A DNA stretch of 64,000 nucleotides. Source: Squalus acanthias (taxonomy: Eukaryota). Below, piece by piece: positions 1-11,793 of the stretch. Location: contig CM059431.1 of NCBI GenBank assembly GCA_030390025.1, positions 111,478,001 to 111,542,000 on the forward strand, read 5' to 3'. The stretch's first letter is position 1, and each line of letters begins with the position of its first letter. A program made the translations under genes and the position numbers. The notes beneath the pieces are model-generated. The model worked only from the letters and a program-made list of their open reading frames with translations. It did no database searches and was not told the origin of the DNA.

Positions 1-326
1 CTCTTTTGCCGGCACTCCCGATCCCTGGGGGCCCAGCTGGGCCCCGGTTCGCGCTGCGCAGGGTCCCTCCCCTTTAAGAAGGGGAGGAAGGCCTGCAATA
101 CCGCGGCGCGACGTGCCGCAGCGCGTGGCGCTGCGGCACGTAGCGCCAGGATATTCACTCGCAGCGCCCCAAGAGGGATGCGGGGTGCTTCCAGTGGCGC
201 CCCGCTTCCCTCTTGGGGCGCAACCACTGAAGTTCCGGCGCGGGGCCGCTAATTTTTTCGGGGCGCTAAAAGTCGCGCCCCGGCGAGGTTAGCGCCCCAA
301 ATGGGGCGCGACTCAATTTTTACCCC
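1..326 (+). mobile_element. Right half of another family A MITE, cut by the window edge
   Basis: Highly similar to 2706-3031; ends AATTTTTACCCC followed by TAA. Confidence 0.85.
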
Positions 327-659
327 TAAAACTTTAATCTAGGTTTTACTACAGCAATGCGGCATAAAATATTTTATCTGTCATCGTGCAGAGTCCCACC
401 TTTGTCAACAACAAAAACAACTTATGATGCCTTTAACATATAAAAGAAAAAATGCTCCTTAGCGGCCTAATCAAAACAACATATGTTGAACCAAAGGAGA
501 TTTTAGGAGGGATAATGGAAAAACTTGGTCAAAAAGATAGGTTTTAAAGAGGGTCTTAAAGGACGAGGGAGGTAGAGAGGTGGAGGGGTTTAGCGAGCGA
601 ATTTCAGGACATGAACCTAGGTGCTGAAGGCCCAGCCGCTAATGGTGGGGCAAAGTACA

Positions 660-1531
660 CACAGTAAACAGTGTAGATGGCAGCAGAATGTTACAAAAGG
701 ACATTGATAGATTGAGTGAGTGGGCAAAACTGTGGCAGATGGAGTTCAATGTGGAGAAGTGTAAGGTCTTTGGAGCTAAGAAAGATAGATCAGGGTATTT
801 TCTAAACGGTGAGAAGCTAGGGAGTGTAGTGCAGCAGAGATTTCGGGGTCCAAGTGCAGAAATCATTAAACGCCAGTGGACAGGTACAAAATGAATTTAA
901 AAGGCTAATGGAATGTTGGCCTTTATCTCAAGAGGGCTGGAATACAAAGGGATGGAAGTTATGTTACAGCTGTACAGAGCTCTGGTCGACCCCATCTGGG
1001 GTACTGATTTAGTGCTGGGCACCACACCTCAGGAAGGATGTATTGGCCTTGGAGGGCGTGCAGTGCAGATTCACTAAAATGGTACTGGGGCTAAAATGGT
1101 TAAATTATCAGGACAGGTTGCATAGAGTAGATTTGTATTCCTTTGAATATAGAAGCCGAAGGGGTGATCTAATTGAGGTGCTTAAGATGATCAAAGGGTA
1201 GATAGAAACTATTTCCTCTGGTGGGCGAGTCCAGAACAAGGGGGCATAACCTTAAAATTAGAGCGAGGCCGTCAGGTGTGCTGTCAGAAAACACTTCTTC
1301 ACACAACGGGTAGTGGAAATCTGGAACTCTCTCCCCCAAAAAGCTGTTGAGGCTGGGGGTCAACTGATAATTTCAAAACTGAGATTGATAAGATTTTTGT
1401 CAGGCAATGGTATTAAGGATTACGGAACCAAGGCAGGTAGATGGAGTTAAGATACAGATCAACCTTGATCTAATTGAATGGCGGAACAGGCTCGAGGGGC
1501 TGAATGGCCTCCTCCTGTTCCTATGCTTCTA
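660..1531 (+). mobile_element. CR1 LINE 3' fragment nested in an L2-like copy (~405-659 and ~1532-1910, minus strand)
   Basis: LQKDIDRLSEWAKLWQMEFNVEKC and a CR1 tail. The flanks are similar to the L2-like copies at 7212 and 40078. Confidence 0.85.
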
Positions 1532-2258
1532 TGAAGGGAAGAACAGAGGTGCACAAGAGGCTGGAGTCAGACAAATGGAGAGTACGGACGGAGTGTAATA
1601 GGGCTGGACGAGGTTACAGAGATAGGGTGGGGCAAGCTATGAAGGGCTTTAAACACGAGGATAAGAATGATAAATTTGAATTGTTGGGGGAGCAGAGGCC
1701 AATGTAGATCAGCAAGGACATGAATAATAAATGAGAGGGAACTCGTGCGGGATAGGATACGGCAGCACAGTTTTGGAAGAGCTGAAGTTTACCGAGGATG
1801 GAGATGGGGAGGCTGAGTAGAACAGCATTGGAATAGTCGGGGCTGGAGGTGACAAAGGCATGGATGAGGGTTTCAGCTGCAGATGGACTGAGGTAGCAGC
1901 GGAGGTGGATGATTTTTTTTTTAACTCATTCTCGGGATGTGGGCGTTGTTGGCAAGACTGCCCATTCCTATTTTCCTTGAAAAAATGGTGCTGGGCCTTC
2001 ATCTTGAACCACTGTAGTCCCGCAGTTTGATCCAGATTGAGTAAATTGCTAAGCCACTTCAAAGGGCAATTAAGAGTCAACCACGTGTGTGTGGGACTGG
2101 AATCACATTTAGTCCAGTAAGTTACCTTCCATAATGGACATTAGTGAACCAGTTGGGTTTTAACGACAATCTGGCAATCTATTATAGATAGTTTGCTGAA
2201 CCAGCAGGCCTACTACACCCCGGGAAGAGATCATTTGTAATAGTCTTTAAAGTATGTT

Positions 2259-3031
2259 GGGGGAAAAAATTCAGTTGGTTTGCGCCTCCCATTAGCACCT
2301 TAAGAGGGCGCTAATGGGGCGCAAAGCAACTAGTGCCCGGGTGCGGCGCCGCCCACGCCTCCCGTGAAATTCAGCGGGAGGTTAGCGGCAGCACTAACCA
2401 GTAGCGCCCTGTGGCGCTGCGCCGCCGGCGATGACGTCATCGCCGTGCGCAGCGCCCCGCTCGCGCTCCGGCCGCGATCTTCGGTAGCGCCCCTTGACTT
2501 ACTGCCGGACGCTTTGTCCGACGGGGTCAGGGGGGCCTACCTGCGGCCGGGGCAGCGCTAGTTAAAGGGGAGGTGGCGGGCGGCCATTTTTGTTGCTGGC
2601 CGCCTGCCAGCACCTGCCTCTGTTGCTGTCCCCGGCCCCCGTGAAGCCCCCCCCGCGAAGTGCCGGCTGCGCTCCAAGAGCTCGGCACTTCTCTTGAGTG
2701 CCGGGCTCTTTTGCCGGCACTCCCGATCCCCGGGGGCCCAGCTGGGCCCTGGTTCACGCTCCGCAAGGCCCCTCCCCTTTAAGAAGAGGAGGAAGGCCTG
2801 CAATACCGTGGTGCGACATGCCACAGCGCCTGGCGCTGCAGCACGTAGCGCCATGATATTGACTCGCAGCGTCCCAAGAGGGATGCGGGGTGCTTCCAGT
2901 AGCGCCCCGCTTCCCTCTTGGTGCGCAACCACTCAATTTCCGGTGCGGGGGTGCTAATTTTTATGGGGCGCTAAAAGTAGCGCCCCGGCGAAGTTAGCGC
3001 CCCAAAGGAGGCGCAACTCAATTTTTCTCCC
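2259..3031 (+). mobile_element. Harbinger-type MITE, GC-rich family A
   Basis: TIRs GGGGGAAAAAATT/AATTTTTCTCCC with GTT TSD on both sides. The left end is similar to the left end of the 7902 element. Confidence 0.88.
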
Positions 3032-4266
3032 GTTATTTCTTAATTTATAGCTAATACACAGAAACACTCATCACTCTGTAACCCAAACCAAATCTACTAC
3101 CTAGTAAATTTATAATAGACAACATGTTCTCTGTCTAACTCAGGGAAGTGATAGTGAGGAATTTTATTTTGCGTGATATTTTATGGTTTCAAGTGACCAA
3201 GTTCCATGGAGTCATGAACAATAGAAACTATTATTATTGTGAATATTGTTGTAGGAGAGGAGAGCTTAATTATGCATCCAACCCCTGAACATTCTATTCC
3301 TAGCACTAACACTCTTTACCTCAATAGCAAAAATAAATTTCAAAAGAATCCTAAACTTGTAATAAGAAATCACATGGCCTATTCCAGACAAATCCTTTGA
3401 ATCTATTTTTCCTGAGAACCATTTAGTTAGAATATATTTTGTATCACAGAATTAACATTATTTTCATTTTAATAGCATTACCACATTGTAGTGTATTCAT
3501 AATGGTGAGCTTTATCACATCAACGTAATAGGAAAGCAGGAATGAGAAAAGGTCATGATTTTGATGTCTCCTAATTCCCTGAAAATGGATGCAAATGAGA
3601 CATAATTGATTGTGAATCTGGGTGGAAATCGGTTCCGCCTGATTGTCACTCATCGTGCTCCCAGCTACATGCGAGGCAGGCTGTGGCGGTTCGCACTCAA
3701 AGCAAGTGGGAACTTGATGAATAAATGCTAAAGAGGGCAAAGTGACATCATTTGGACATTGATGCAATGTTATAACACCAGTTTCAGTTCATGTCCACAG
3801 ATCTTGGGCCGTCGAGTCAGGTCACCTTTTCAAAGAGTAACCAATCAAAGGGGAGAAAGTGATTTCTTGATAATTCGAGGGGTGGGGACGGTTTTGTATG
3901 AGGGAATTTGCTTTGACCTTTTTTTCTACCTGCCTAACCCTTTGTACTACAGGGGTCCCTCTGGCAATCCCATTTTACTTGGTGGATGAGGAGAAGGTGC
4001 AGGATGTCAGGCGAGAACAGCTCGGACCCACCCTTACCTACCCAATTGAGTGCATAGGCTAAGGAGAGCATCCTGCATTTAACAGAGGGACATAAGAACA
4101 TAAGAAATAGGAGCTGGAGTGGGCCATTTGGCCCTTCGAGCCTGCTCCGCCATTCAACAAGATCATAGCTGTTCTTCTACCTCAACTCCACCTTCCCGCA
4201 CTATCCCCATATCCCTTAATTTCCTTAGTTCCCAAAAATTTATCGACCTCTGTCTTGAATATACTC

Positions 4267-4467
4267 CCATGATGCGGAGATGCCGGTGTTGGACTGGGGT
4301 GGACAAAAGTGAGAAGTCGCACAACACCAGGTTATAGTCCAACAGTTTTATTTGAAATCACAAGCTTTCGGAGCTGATGCCCCTTCGTCAGGGGCAGCAG
4401 CTCCGAAAGCTTGTGATTTCAAATAAAACTGTTGGACTATAACCTGGTGTTGTGCGACTTCTCACTT
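4267..4467 (-). mobile_element. Penelope-type terminal-repeat fragment forming a long hairpin, inserted in a CR1 tail
   Basis: 12-bp TSD TTGAATATACTC (4255-4266, 4468-4479). Inverted arms ~4304-4384 and ~4390-4470 with one mismatch. Confidence 0.8.
4361..4392 (-). ncRNA. Minimal hammerhead-ribozyme-like core
   Basis: Minus strand reads C-CUGACGA-A-GGGGC-AUCA-GCUCC-GAAA-GCUUG: CUGANGA box, stem II, GAAA box, then a palindromic AAGCUU. Stem I and the cleavage triplet are not established. Confidence 0.55.
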
Positions 4468-4511
4468 TTGAATATACTCAACGACTGAGCATCCACAGCT
4501 CTCTGGGGTAG

Positions 4512-6960
4512 ACAATGCATGTGGAGGCTATGCCTCACCAGGGAGGCAGGTACAGACCATTGTCAGTTGCTGTAGAATAGCTGGCAGCTAATCTCCAGGG
4601 CAAGCACAGCAAGGCATGTTGCAGTAAAAGCCACTGCAATCCTGAACGTTTTTGCCTGCAGCTCCTTCCAGGCTGCCACAGCGACATCAGTAATATCATC
4701 CAGTCTGTAGTCCTTGAGTAGCTGACTAGTACATAGTTTGCCAGAGTGAGATCTTCATCACTTTCTCCATGGACATCCAGGAATAGTCTGGAACTGCCCA
4801 TGGATTTTGCACAGATTTTAGGATTTCCTAAAGTCCAAATCCTCATATCTGGCACATATGTTGGCCTGCATACTCCTGCTCACAATACTGCAGCATAGCA
4901 GGATTTCCATTCCATCACTGTGCAACTAGTCTGTGTCCAGCTATACAAGATCAGAGAAGTCAATGCCCATATTCCTCTCAGCTACCATGATGCCTCTATC
5001 TTATGCCAGTCCTCCATTCTCCCATTGCTTAACCCTGGACAACAAGGACAAGATTGGCTCCTTGGAGATCAGTGTTACCTATGGCAAGGCTGGTTTATGA
5101 CACCTTGGCACCATCCACATGCAACTGTTGAACACAGGCTTTTAATGAGGCCTATGCTTCTATGAAAGCCATCATCGAGCTGAACGTAAGAATTGTGAAG
5201 CAAAGATTCCAATGCTTTGACAGGACTGGGACTTCCTCCATTACAGCCCAGCCAGAGCATCGTTATGGTTTGTTCATAGCTGTACAACTTGGTGGTGCAA
5301 TGTGAGACATGCAGAGGTGCTGGGGAGAGTGACTCTCGGAGATGCTGGGTCAGGTCACGCAACTTACTGAGGAGGAAGATGCATGTAACATTGAGGATGT
5401 GGTGGAGGCTACAGGTGACCAACAGTTGACATATCTGTCCCGCAAGATCTGATTAATGAGTACTTCACATAATGACCATGTAGTCCTGCCAAGCACCTTC
5501 CTCATTCCTTAGAAATATGTGGTCTCCCCACCACAATAACAACTCACCCACACATTCCAAGCAGACCATTCATCTCAACTCACATTCCAACCTAACATTT
5601 TATTACAGGAACACTCTCTAGACACAAAGTTAATGAAGTATCACCACATTTTATTGCCTTACATTTTTTGGTTCCTATTGTTTTGCACCCTGGTGTTTGC
5701 TGCCTGGCTGCAGTGCTTTAGTGTTTAAACTGCTGCTTCTAAAAGAAAGAAAGGCAGACAGGCATTTATATAATGCCTTCCACAACCACAGGACGGCCTA
5801 AAGCACTTTACATTATTATTACAGCATTATTTTTGAAGTGCAGTCACTGTTGTAATGTAGGAAACATGGCAGTCAATTTGTGCACAGCAAACTCCCACAA
5901 ACAGCAAAGTGATAATGACCAGATAATTTTTTTTCAGTGATGTTAGTTGAGGGTTAAGTATTGGGGAGAACTCCCCTGCTCTTCTTCAAAATAGCCTTAT
6001 GGGATGTTTTGCGTCCACCTGAGAGGGCAGATCAGGCCTTGGTTTAATGTCTCATCCAAAAGACAGCACCTCCGACAGTGCAGCACTCCCTCAGTACTGC
6101 ACTGGGAATGCCATCTAGATTTTGGACTCAAGTCACTGGAGTGGGACTATGAACCCACAACCTTCTGACTCAGAGGCGAGAGTGCTACTACTGACAATGT
6201 TCTCCCCCAGTGGCTGGAGTATTGAAGGTGGCTAGCTACTCTGTCTCCGCCATGGTAGTTGTCATCAACCTCTGTGAGCACAGGCTGCAGGCTCCTCCAC
6301 TTGAATGGCTGCCAGTGCAGCTTGGCCTGGACACTTCCTGGCACCTATGCAGGCATTGGTTGAGGAGGGCACAAGAGTGCACAGATGTTGTCATCCAGAG
6401 AGACAGGAACATCATCCATGTCAGCTGCATGCGTGCCACTGCTTCTGGGATCTGTCTCAATATGTTTACTAATGTGCTTTGCACTGACTGAAGTCTCAAT
6501 CCATATGATCTCCTAGCCTGTCCGAGGAGGAGGAGATTAGAGTGCTCAGGGCCTGCTAGGCAAAGGTATGTACATTCCTGAGAGATGCTATTACTAGAGT
6601 TACCAGCTCTGTCATGGAAGGGTCCGCAGCAGATGGCAGACTGCAAAGATTCAATGACATACATCAAAACCCCTCATACTCAGGAAGCATCCTTCTTTTA
6701 AAAGCTGGGTCACAGAGGTCTGCATCCCTGTCCACTTCAGCAGAGAGCGAACGTGAGCTAGACCTCTGGACCTTTTCCTTCTTTGACAATGCCACCTGCT
6801 CCTGCTCACTCGCGTCCACTGAACTCCCCTCAATTTCACTGTCCAAATCCTGCTGAGTGGGTGCTGCTGAGCTGGTGCTTGGCAGGGTAAGAATAAATGA
6901 CGTTGAATTTTCGGGAGGGCTTCCACATCCACCACCCTTGACCCAACTCCGAGTTATTTG
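4512..6960 (+). mobile_element. Old decayed Harbinger relic (transposase remnant ~4520-5470), interrupted by a SINE
   Basis: GFHSITVQLVC...VNAH...YHDASIL...WLLGDQCY...FMTP, homologous to the 8396 transposase. Boundaries uncertain. Confidence 0.6.
5742..6192 (-). mobile_element. tRNA-derived SINE (SacSINE1/DeuSINE-like)
   Basis: Reverse complement of the copies at 37279, 55114 and 62847. Confidence 0.8.
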
Positions 6961-7211
6961 TCAGCCCTAGGGAAAGAGAAGGGGGTAAGATGCTAATAGC
7001 CCAACCCAGGAATAAAATGTCGGTCTTTTCATGATCTTCTGTAATCTTAGCATGACTTAGTAACCCTGGATGGCCATTCCACTATGGGGAGAAGTGGCAT
7101 TCAGGATGGGTACGCCACAAACTTAATATTTAAATGAAGTAATGTTCGAGATGGTCCTGCCCCAGCTGCATTTATGTTGGCAGGAAGGAACACCCACCCA
7201 GTTTCCTCTGT

Positions 7212-7717
7212 CAATAACAACAACCTGCATTTATGTTCCAAGGCGCTTCACAGAAGCGATTATCAAACAGAATTTGACACCAAGCCACATAAGGAGATAT
7301 TAGGACAGGTGACCAAAAGCTTGGTCAAAGAGGTAGGGTTATAAGGAGCGTCTTAAAGGAGGAGAGAGAGGTGGAGAGGTTTAGGGAGGGAATTCCAGAG
7401 CTAAGGGCCTCAGCAGCTGAAGACATGTTCGCCAAGGGTGGAGCGATTAAAATCAGGGGATGCGCAAGAGGCCAGAAATGGAGGAGCGCAGAGATCTCGG
7501 AGGGTTGTAGGGTTGGAGGTGGTTACAGAGATAGGGAGGGGCGAGGCCATGGATGGATTTGAATACAAGGATGAGAATTTTAAAATCGATGCGTTTCTGG
7601 ACCGGGAGCCAATGTAGGTCAGCGAGCACAGGGGTAATGGGTCAACGGGACTTGGTGCGAGTTAGGACACGGGCAGCTGAGTTTTGGATGAGCTCAAATT
7701 TATGGAGGGTGGAAGAC
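7212..7717 (-). mobile_element. L2-like LINE 3' fragment
   Basis: (CAA)n terminus; similar to 40078-40540, 405-660 and the reverse complement of 15838-16130. Confidence 0.75.
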
Positions 7718-8395
7718 GGGACACCCACGTTGCACCACAACAATAGGCAGTAGGCTAGTATCTTTGAAACTGTTCAAAAGATTATGAAAATTAGAACAGG
7801 CTTATTTTCTATCAGTACTGTAAATGTAAATTCAGCATAAACTATAGGGGGCATTTTAACACGCTCACAGGGTGAGGCTAAGGTGCATTTTTAAAGTTAT
7901 GGGGGGAAAAATTTGTTTGCTTTGCGCCTCCCTAAGAGGGTGCTAACGGGGCGCAAAGCAACTAGCGCCTGGGCGCAGAGATGTTTGCGCCGCTCGCAAA
8001 ATTGACCAGAGTTTTTGCAGCAGTGCAAAAGTCTACCGCCACAAACTCCTGCGCCCGCAGATCGTGACGTCAGTCGAGCGTGCAACGCCCCGGTGGCGCC
8101 CCGGACCAGATATTGAGTGGCACCCCCCTCCTTTCCACCTGCCGCAAGCAACAACAGGGAGGCTGGAACATTTTCCAGTCGGTGAGGGGCTGGGGGGGCG
8201 CTATTTAAAGGCGCCCACTTCCTGCCTTTTTTTGTGGTAGACATTTTTGCACCACTCATTCTGACAGAGAGATTCTAAGAGAGAGAGAGAGACTTCTGCA
8301 TAGAGTCAACGCTGTGTGAAGTAGTTTTGGCTACTGAGCAACACTTTGCAGGTTCATTTGGATTTGGCCTCCATTACTTCAATTGTCAAGAGACT

Positions 8396-9561
8396 ATGGG
8401 GGCTGCACTGATTCGGGGCGTCGTCCTGCGCCTGCAGAATCAGAGGCATCAGAGGCGCAGAGAGAGAAAGTGGCAATCATGGCCAGACGGAGGAGGGCCA
8501 ACAGGCCTCTGCACAGGAGACCTTACCCTCCCAGGGTATTCCGGGACCAATTCTCCTACATTCATTTGTCTGAGGAGCAGTGTTTGCGCAGGCTGCGCTT
8601 CAGCAAGGAGGTGGTCACTGAGCTCTGCCACCTGCTGCAGCCAGATCTGCAGCCTCAACTGAGGACCAGGGCGTCTCTGTCAGTGGCAGTGAAGGTCACG
8701 GTGGCTCTGAATTTTTATGCCACCGGCTCCTTTCAAGCAGCTACTGGGGACATCACCAATATCTCCCAGTTCACTGTCCATTGCTGTATCCGGCAAGTCA
8801 CAAATGCCCTTTAGAAAAGGAGACGCCAATACATCTCTTTCCCGATGACCCAGGCCAAACAGCATGAACGCGCATTGGGCTTTGCGAGGATAGCGGGCTT
8901 CCCCATGGTACAGGGCGCCATTGACTGCATGCATGTGGCATTGCGGGCACCGCATGAGAATGCAGAGGTTTTCCGAAACCGCAAGGGGTTCCACTCCTTA
9001 AATGTTTAGTTGGTCTGTGACCACAGACAGCTGATACTCGCTGTCAATGCCCGCTATCCTGGCAGCAGCCACAATGCTTTCATCCTGCGCCAGACTGCTG
9101 TGCCAGACCTTTTCCAGGCACCGCATCAGCCAAGTGGTTGGCTCCTCGGGGACAAGGGTTATCCACTCTGCACCTGGCTGATGACACCACTCCGTAACCC
9201 CAACACCCCTGCTGAGCTGCGGTACAACGAGAGCCATCTCGCCACCAGGAACATCGTTGAGCAGACGATCGGCGTGCTCAAGCAACGGTTCCGCTGTCTG
9301 GACCACTCAGGAGGAGCCCTGCAGTACTCGCCTGAGCGTGTCTCCCTCTTCATAGTTGTGTGCTGCATGCTGCATAACCTGGCAATCCTCAGGACCCAGC
9401 CAATGCCACCAGGCCTTGGTGCACCACCGGAGGAGGAGGAGGAGGAAGTGGAGGAGGAAGAGGAGGAGGATGATCAGCAGCAGCACCAAGGTGGGAGGGA
9501 GGCCCACAATGTTGAAACTGCAAGGGCCGTCCGTCAAAGACTGATAACAAGCTGCTTCTAG
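8396..9561 (+). pseudogene. Harbinger (HARBI1-like) DDE transposase, disrupted
   Basis: One frame runs MARRRR...LSEEQCLRRLRFSKE...GAIDCMH...FRNRKGFHSLNV*LVCD...YPGSSHNAFIL...WLLGDKGYP...RNIVEQTIGVLKQRFRCL...CCMLHN, with in-frame TAG stops at 8812-8814 and 9007-9009. The likely original ATG at 8396 is now out of frame. Confidence 0.9.
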
Positions 9562-9866
9562 GCCCCTACTCAGGTTTCTGGCATGGAGAACAACTTGATG
9601 GAAAGAAACCCGCAACCCCAAAGCCGGCCAAGGCAGCAATGATTCCAAAGGCCAAACATGTACATTTTCAATACAAAAACTTTTTTATTTTACAAACTGT
9701 GTGTGTGTCATTTCTTCATGACAAACTAATAGAAACAAACACAAAAAATCATTAATTAACATAACTGGTTCTCACAACCTGGAGATAATGGCCAAAACAC
9801 TAAACAAAAGTTATTACACGAACCTCAGCCTTTAATAAAAACATTCCCAACATTTCGTCAGACCTC

Positions 9867-11793
9867 CTACTTTTTGCCCTTCGAGGGTGATCTCCTTCCC
9901 TTGCGCACTTCCCCCCTTCCCACCCTACTGCTCCTCCATAATGGGGCCCCAGTGGCTGCAGCAAGGCTGGTGGAAGGCTGACGAATGTCAGATCCTGAGA
10001 CTACAGATGCCCTTGAAGGACGGCCTCGACCAGCTCTGGGCCTGGAGGGCCCGGCTGCAGACTGCACCAACTCTGCCTGGGCGGCAGCAGCCTGGGCTGG
10101 CTGGGTTACAGGCTGTGGCAAGTGTAATGGGGAAGTGACAGTGGTGGCAACAGGAATGCTGTCATCCTGAGAGGACAGCACCTCCCTGCTCGACCGACAC
10201 ACTGGCACTCCCACGGGGCAGCACCTCAGCATCCGGAGCAATCTGCTGGAACACAGATTGCTGGCCTGCTGCGGCACTGTGAGAGCCCCGGGGAAATGTG
10301 TCCAAACCAGCGACGATGGCAGCAGTCAGTGCTCGCGTGGCCTCAATCTTAGACTGCATGAGAGCAGTCGGAGATTGGATCACGGCAGCCAGTGACTGAA
10401 TTGCAGCACTAAGCATTTGCGTGGCATCTGCCTGTGCTACAGCGTAGTGCTCCACACTCCTTGCCAGTCCATCAATGCTTTCGGGCATCCTTCCCACTGC
10501 ACCCATGAGCTGAGTGTGCATGTCCACCACCTGGGTGTTCATTTCAGCGATGAGTCACTCCTCCTCTGCGTCCAGTGCAGCAGGACTCACTGGCCTACTC
10601 TCCCTCTGGGGAGAAGGCCCCCGAACTTCCCTACCCACATCGCGTTGCTGCAGCCCGCTGGGTCCTGGAGCTTCACCCTCATCAGACCCTTCCCCCCTGC
10701 TCCCCTCCAGGGAAGACATGTTCCCAGTTTGGGCATGGGCTTCCTCGAGAGAGGGTGGCGCTGAGGCTCCGGCTTCCTCTTCCTCCTCGCCTGCGGTTTC
10801 GCTCCCACTGGCAGCTTGAGGGCCTGTCTCCTCAGCTGTTGAATCACCATCTGAAAGCAGGGAGGTACAAGTGTGGCTTTAGCGTGAGGACAGCAGGGCA
10901 GTAAGGGAGGAAGGAGTGGAGCAATTTAGTAAGTTGGATTGAAAGTGTCAAAGGCTGGTGTTGTGAGGGACAAGTGGAATGAGAGAGGAGAGAAAGCTGA
11001 TGACCTTACCATTGCTGTCCCGAACGGGGTCGACCTCTCCAGGGGCGACGGGACCGATCACCTGGCTTGCCACAATCCTGTGGACGCGCGCCTCAAGATC
11101 GCTGCGGGGTTGCAGCTGAGGCGGCCCTCCACCCGTCCTTTGCTGCTGTCTCCTGTTATGACATAGCCTGGCCTGCAAGAAAAAGGACGCCATCTGAGTA
11201 AATATACAGCCATGGTCTTGCCTGATGTGCCTCCCATAATTGAATAGCCCTTAATGTAAGCAGCCATGGTCTTGCCTGATGTGCCTCCCATAGTTGAATA
11301 GCCCTTACAATATACAGCCATGGTCTTGCCTGATGTGCCTCCCATAGTTGAATAGCCCTTACTCTATGCAGCCATGGTCTTGCCTGATGTGCCTCCCATA
11401 GTTGAATAGCCCTTACTGTATGCAAGGTGTGGAATGTGCGTGTGTGTTTTATGAGAGGGCCATAGGTGTTGGATGAGTGTTGGGCATTGGGGTTTTAAGA
11501 CCCTCTGGCCATAGAGTGAGGTTGAGATAGAGGAATGGAGAGGTATTGAAAAAAAAACACTCACCCTGACGACCCGAGTGAGGTCGTTGAACTTTTTGCG
11601 ACATTGAGTATGGGACCTGGGCACCATGCTCCTGGAGGAGCCGTGCTGAGCCACCTCCATCCACACTCTTCTGTAGTTGCGCGGCAATGGCCTCCTGCCA
11701 CTCTCAGGATACAGTATAGCTCTTCTGCGCTCCACCACGCCATCCAGAGCCTCCAAGGCCCGCTCGCTGAGCTCGTTCTCTCACCCTCTCCAT
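9867..11793 (-). pseudogene. Harbinger Myb/SANT-like DNA-binding gene, 3 exons (11565-11793, 11010-11172, ~9867-10850), disrupted
   Basis: Exon 1 ALEAL...RRRAILYP...WMEVAQ...RSHTQCRKKFNDLTR with donor AGG|GTGAGT. Exon 2 ARLCHNRRQQQRTGGGPP with TTGCAG acceptor and G|GTAAGG donor. Exon 3 follows TTTCAG in matching phase. Lesions: frameshift near the start, TGA at ~10555, frameshift near 10.2 kb. Confidence 0.8.
11207..11424. repeat. Minisatellite, 4 x 54 bp, in intron 1 of the Myb/SANT gene
   Basis: Units start at 11207, 11261, 11315 and 11369: CAGCCATGGTCTTGCCTGATGTGCCTCCCATAGTTGAATAGCCCTTA plus 7 variable nt. Confidence 0.95.

Larger units (their letters stand above)
4090..4510 (-). mobile_element. 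CR1 3' tail, host of the hairpin insertion
   Basis: ACATAAGAACATAAG terminal repeat; collinear with 38667 and 60414 once 4267-4479 is removed. Confidence 0.85.

Noticed and set aside
2364..2957. Overlapping ORFs and a CpG-island-like promoter (also 13.4-14.5, 16.7-17.3, 51.3-51.8 and 53.0-53.4 kb)
   Set aside because: These are GC-rich MITE or MITE-like interiors; the stop-poor frames follow from base composition.
8383..9561. Domesticated host HARBI1 gene
   Set aside because: Premature stops, flanking TIRs and a linked Myb/SANT gene indicate a transposon copy.
11207..11424. CRISPR-like repeat-spacer pattern
   Set aside because: The linkers are only 7 bp and related to each other, there are no cas genes, and the context is a eukaryotic transposon intron. 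It is a minisatellite.
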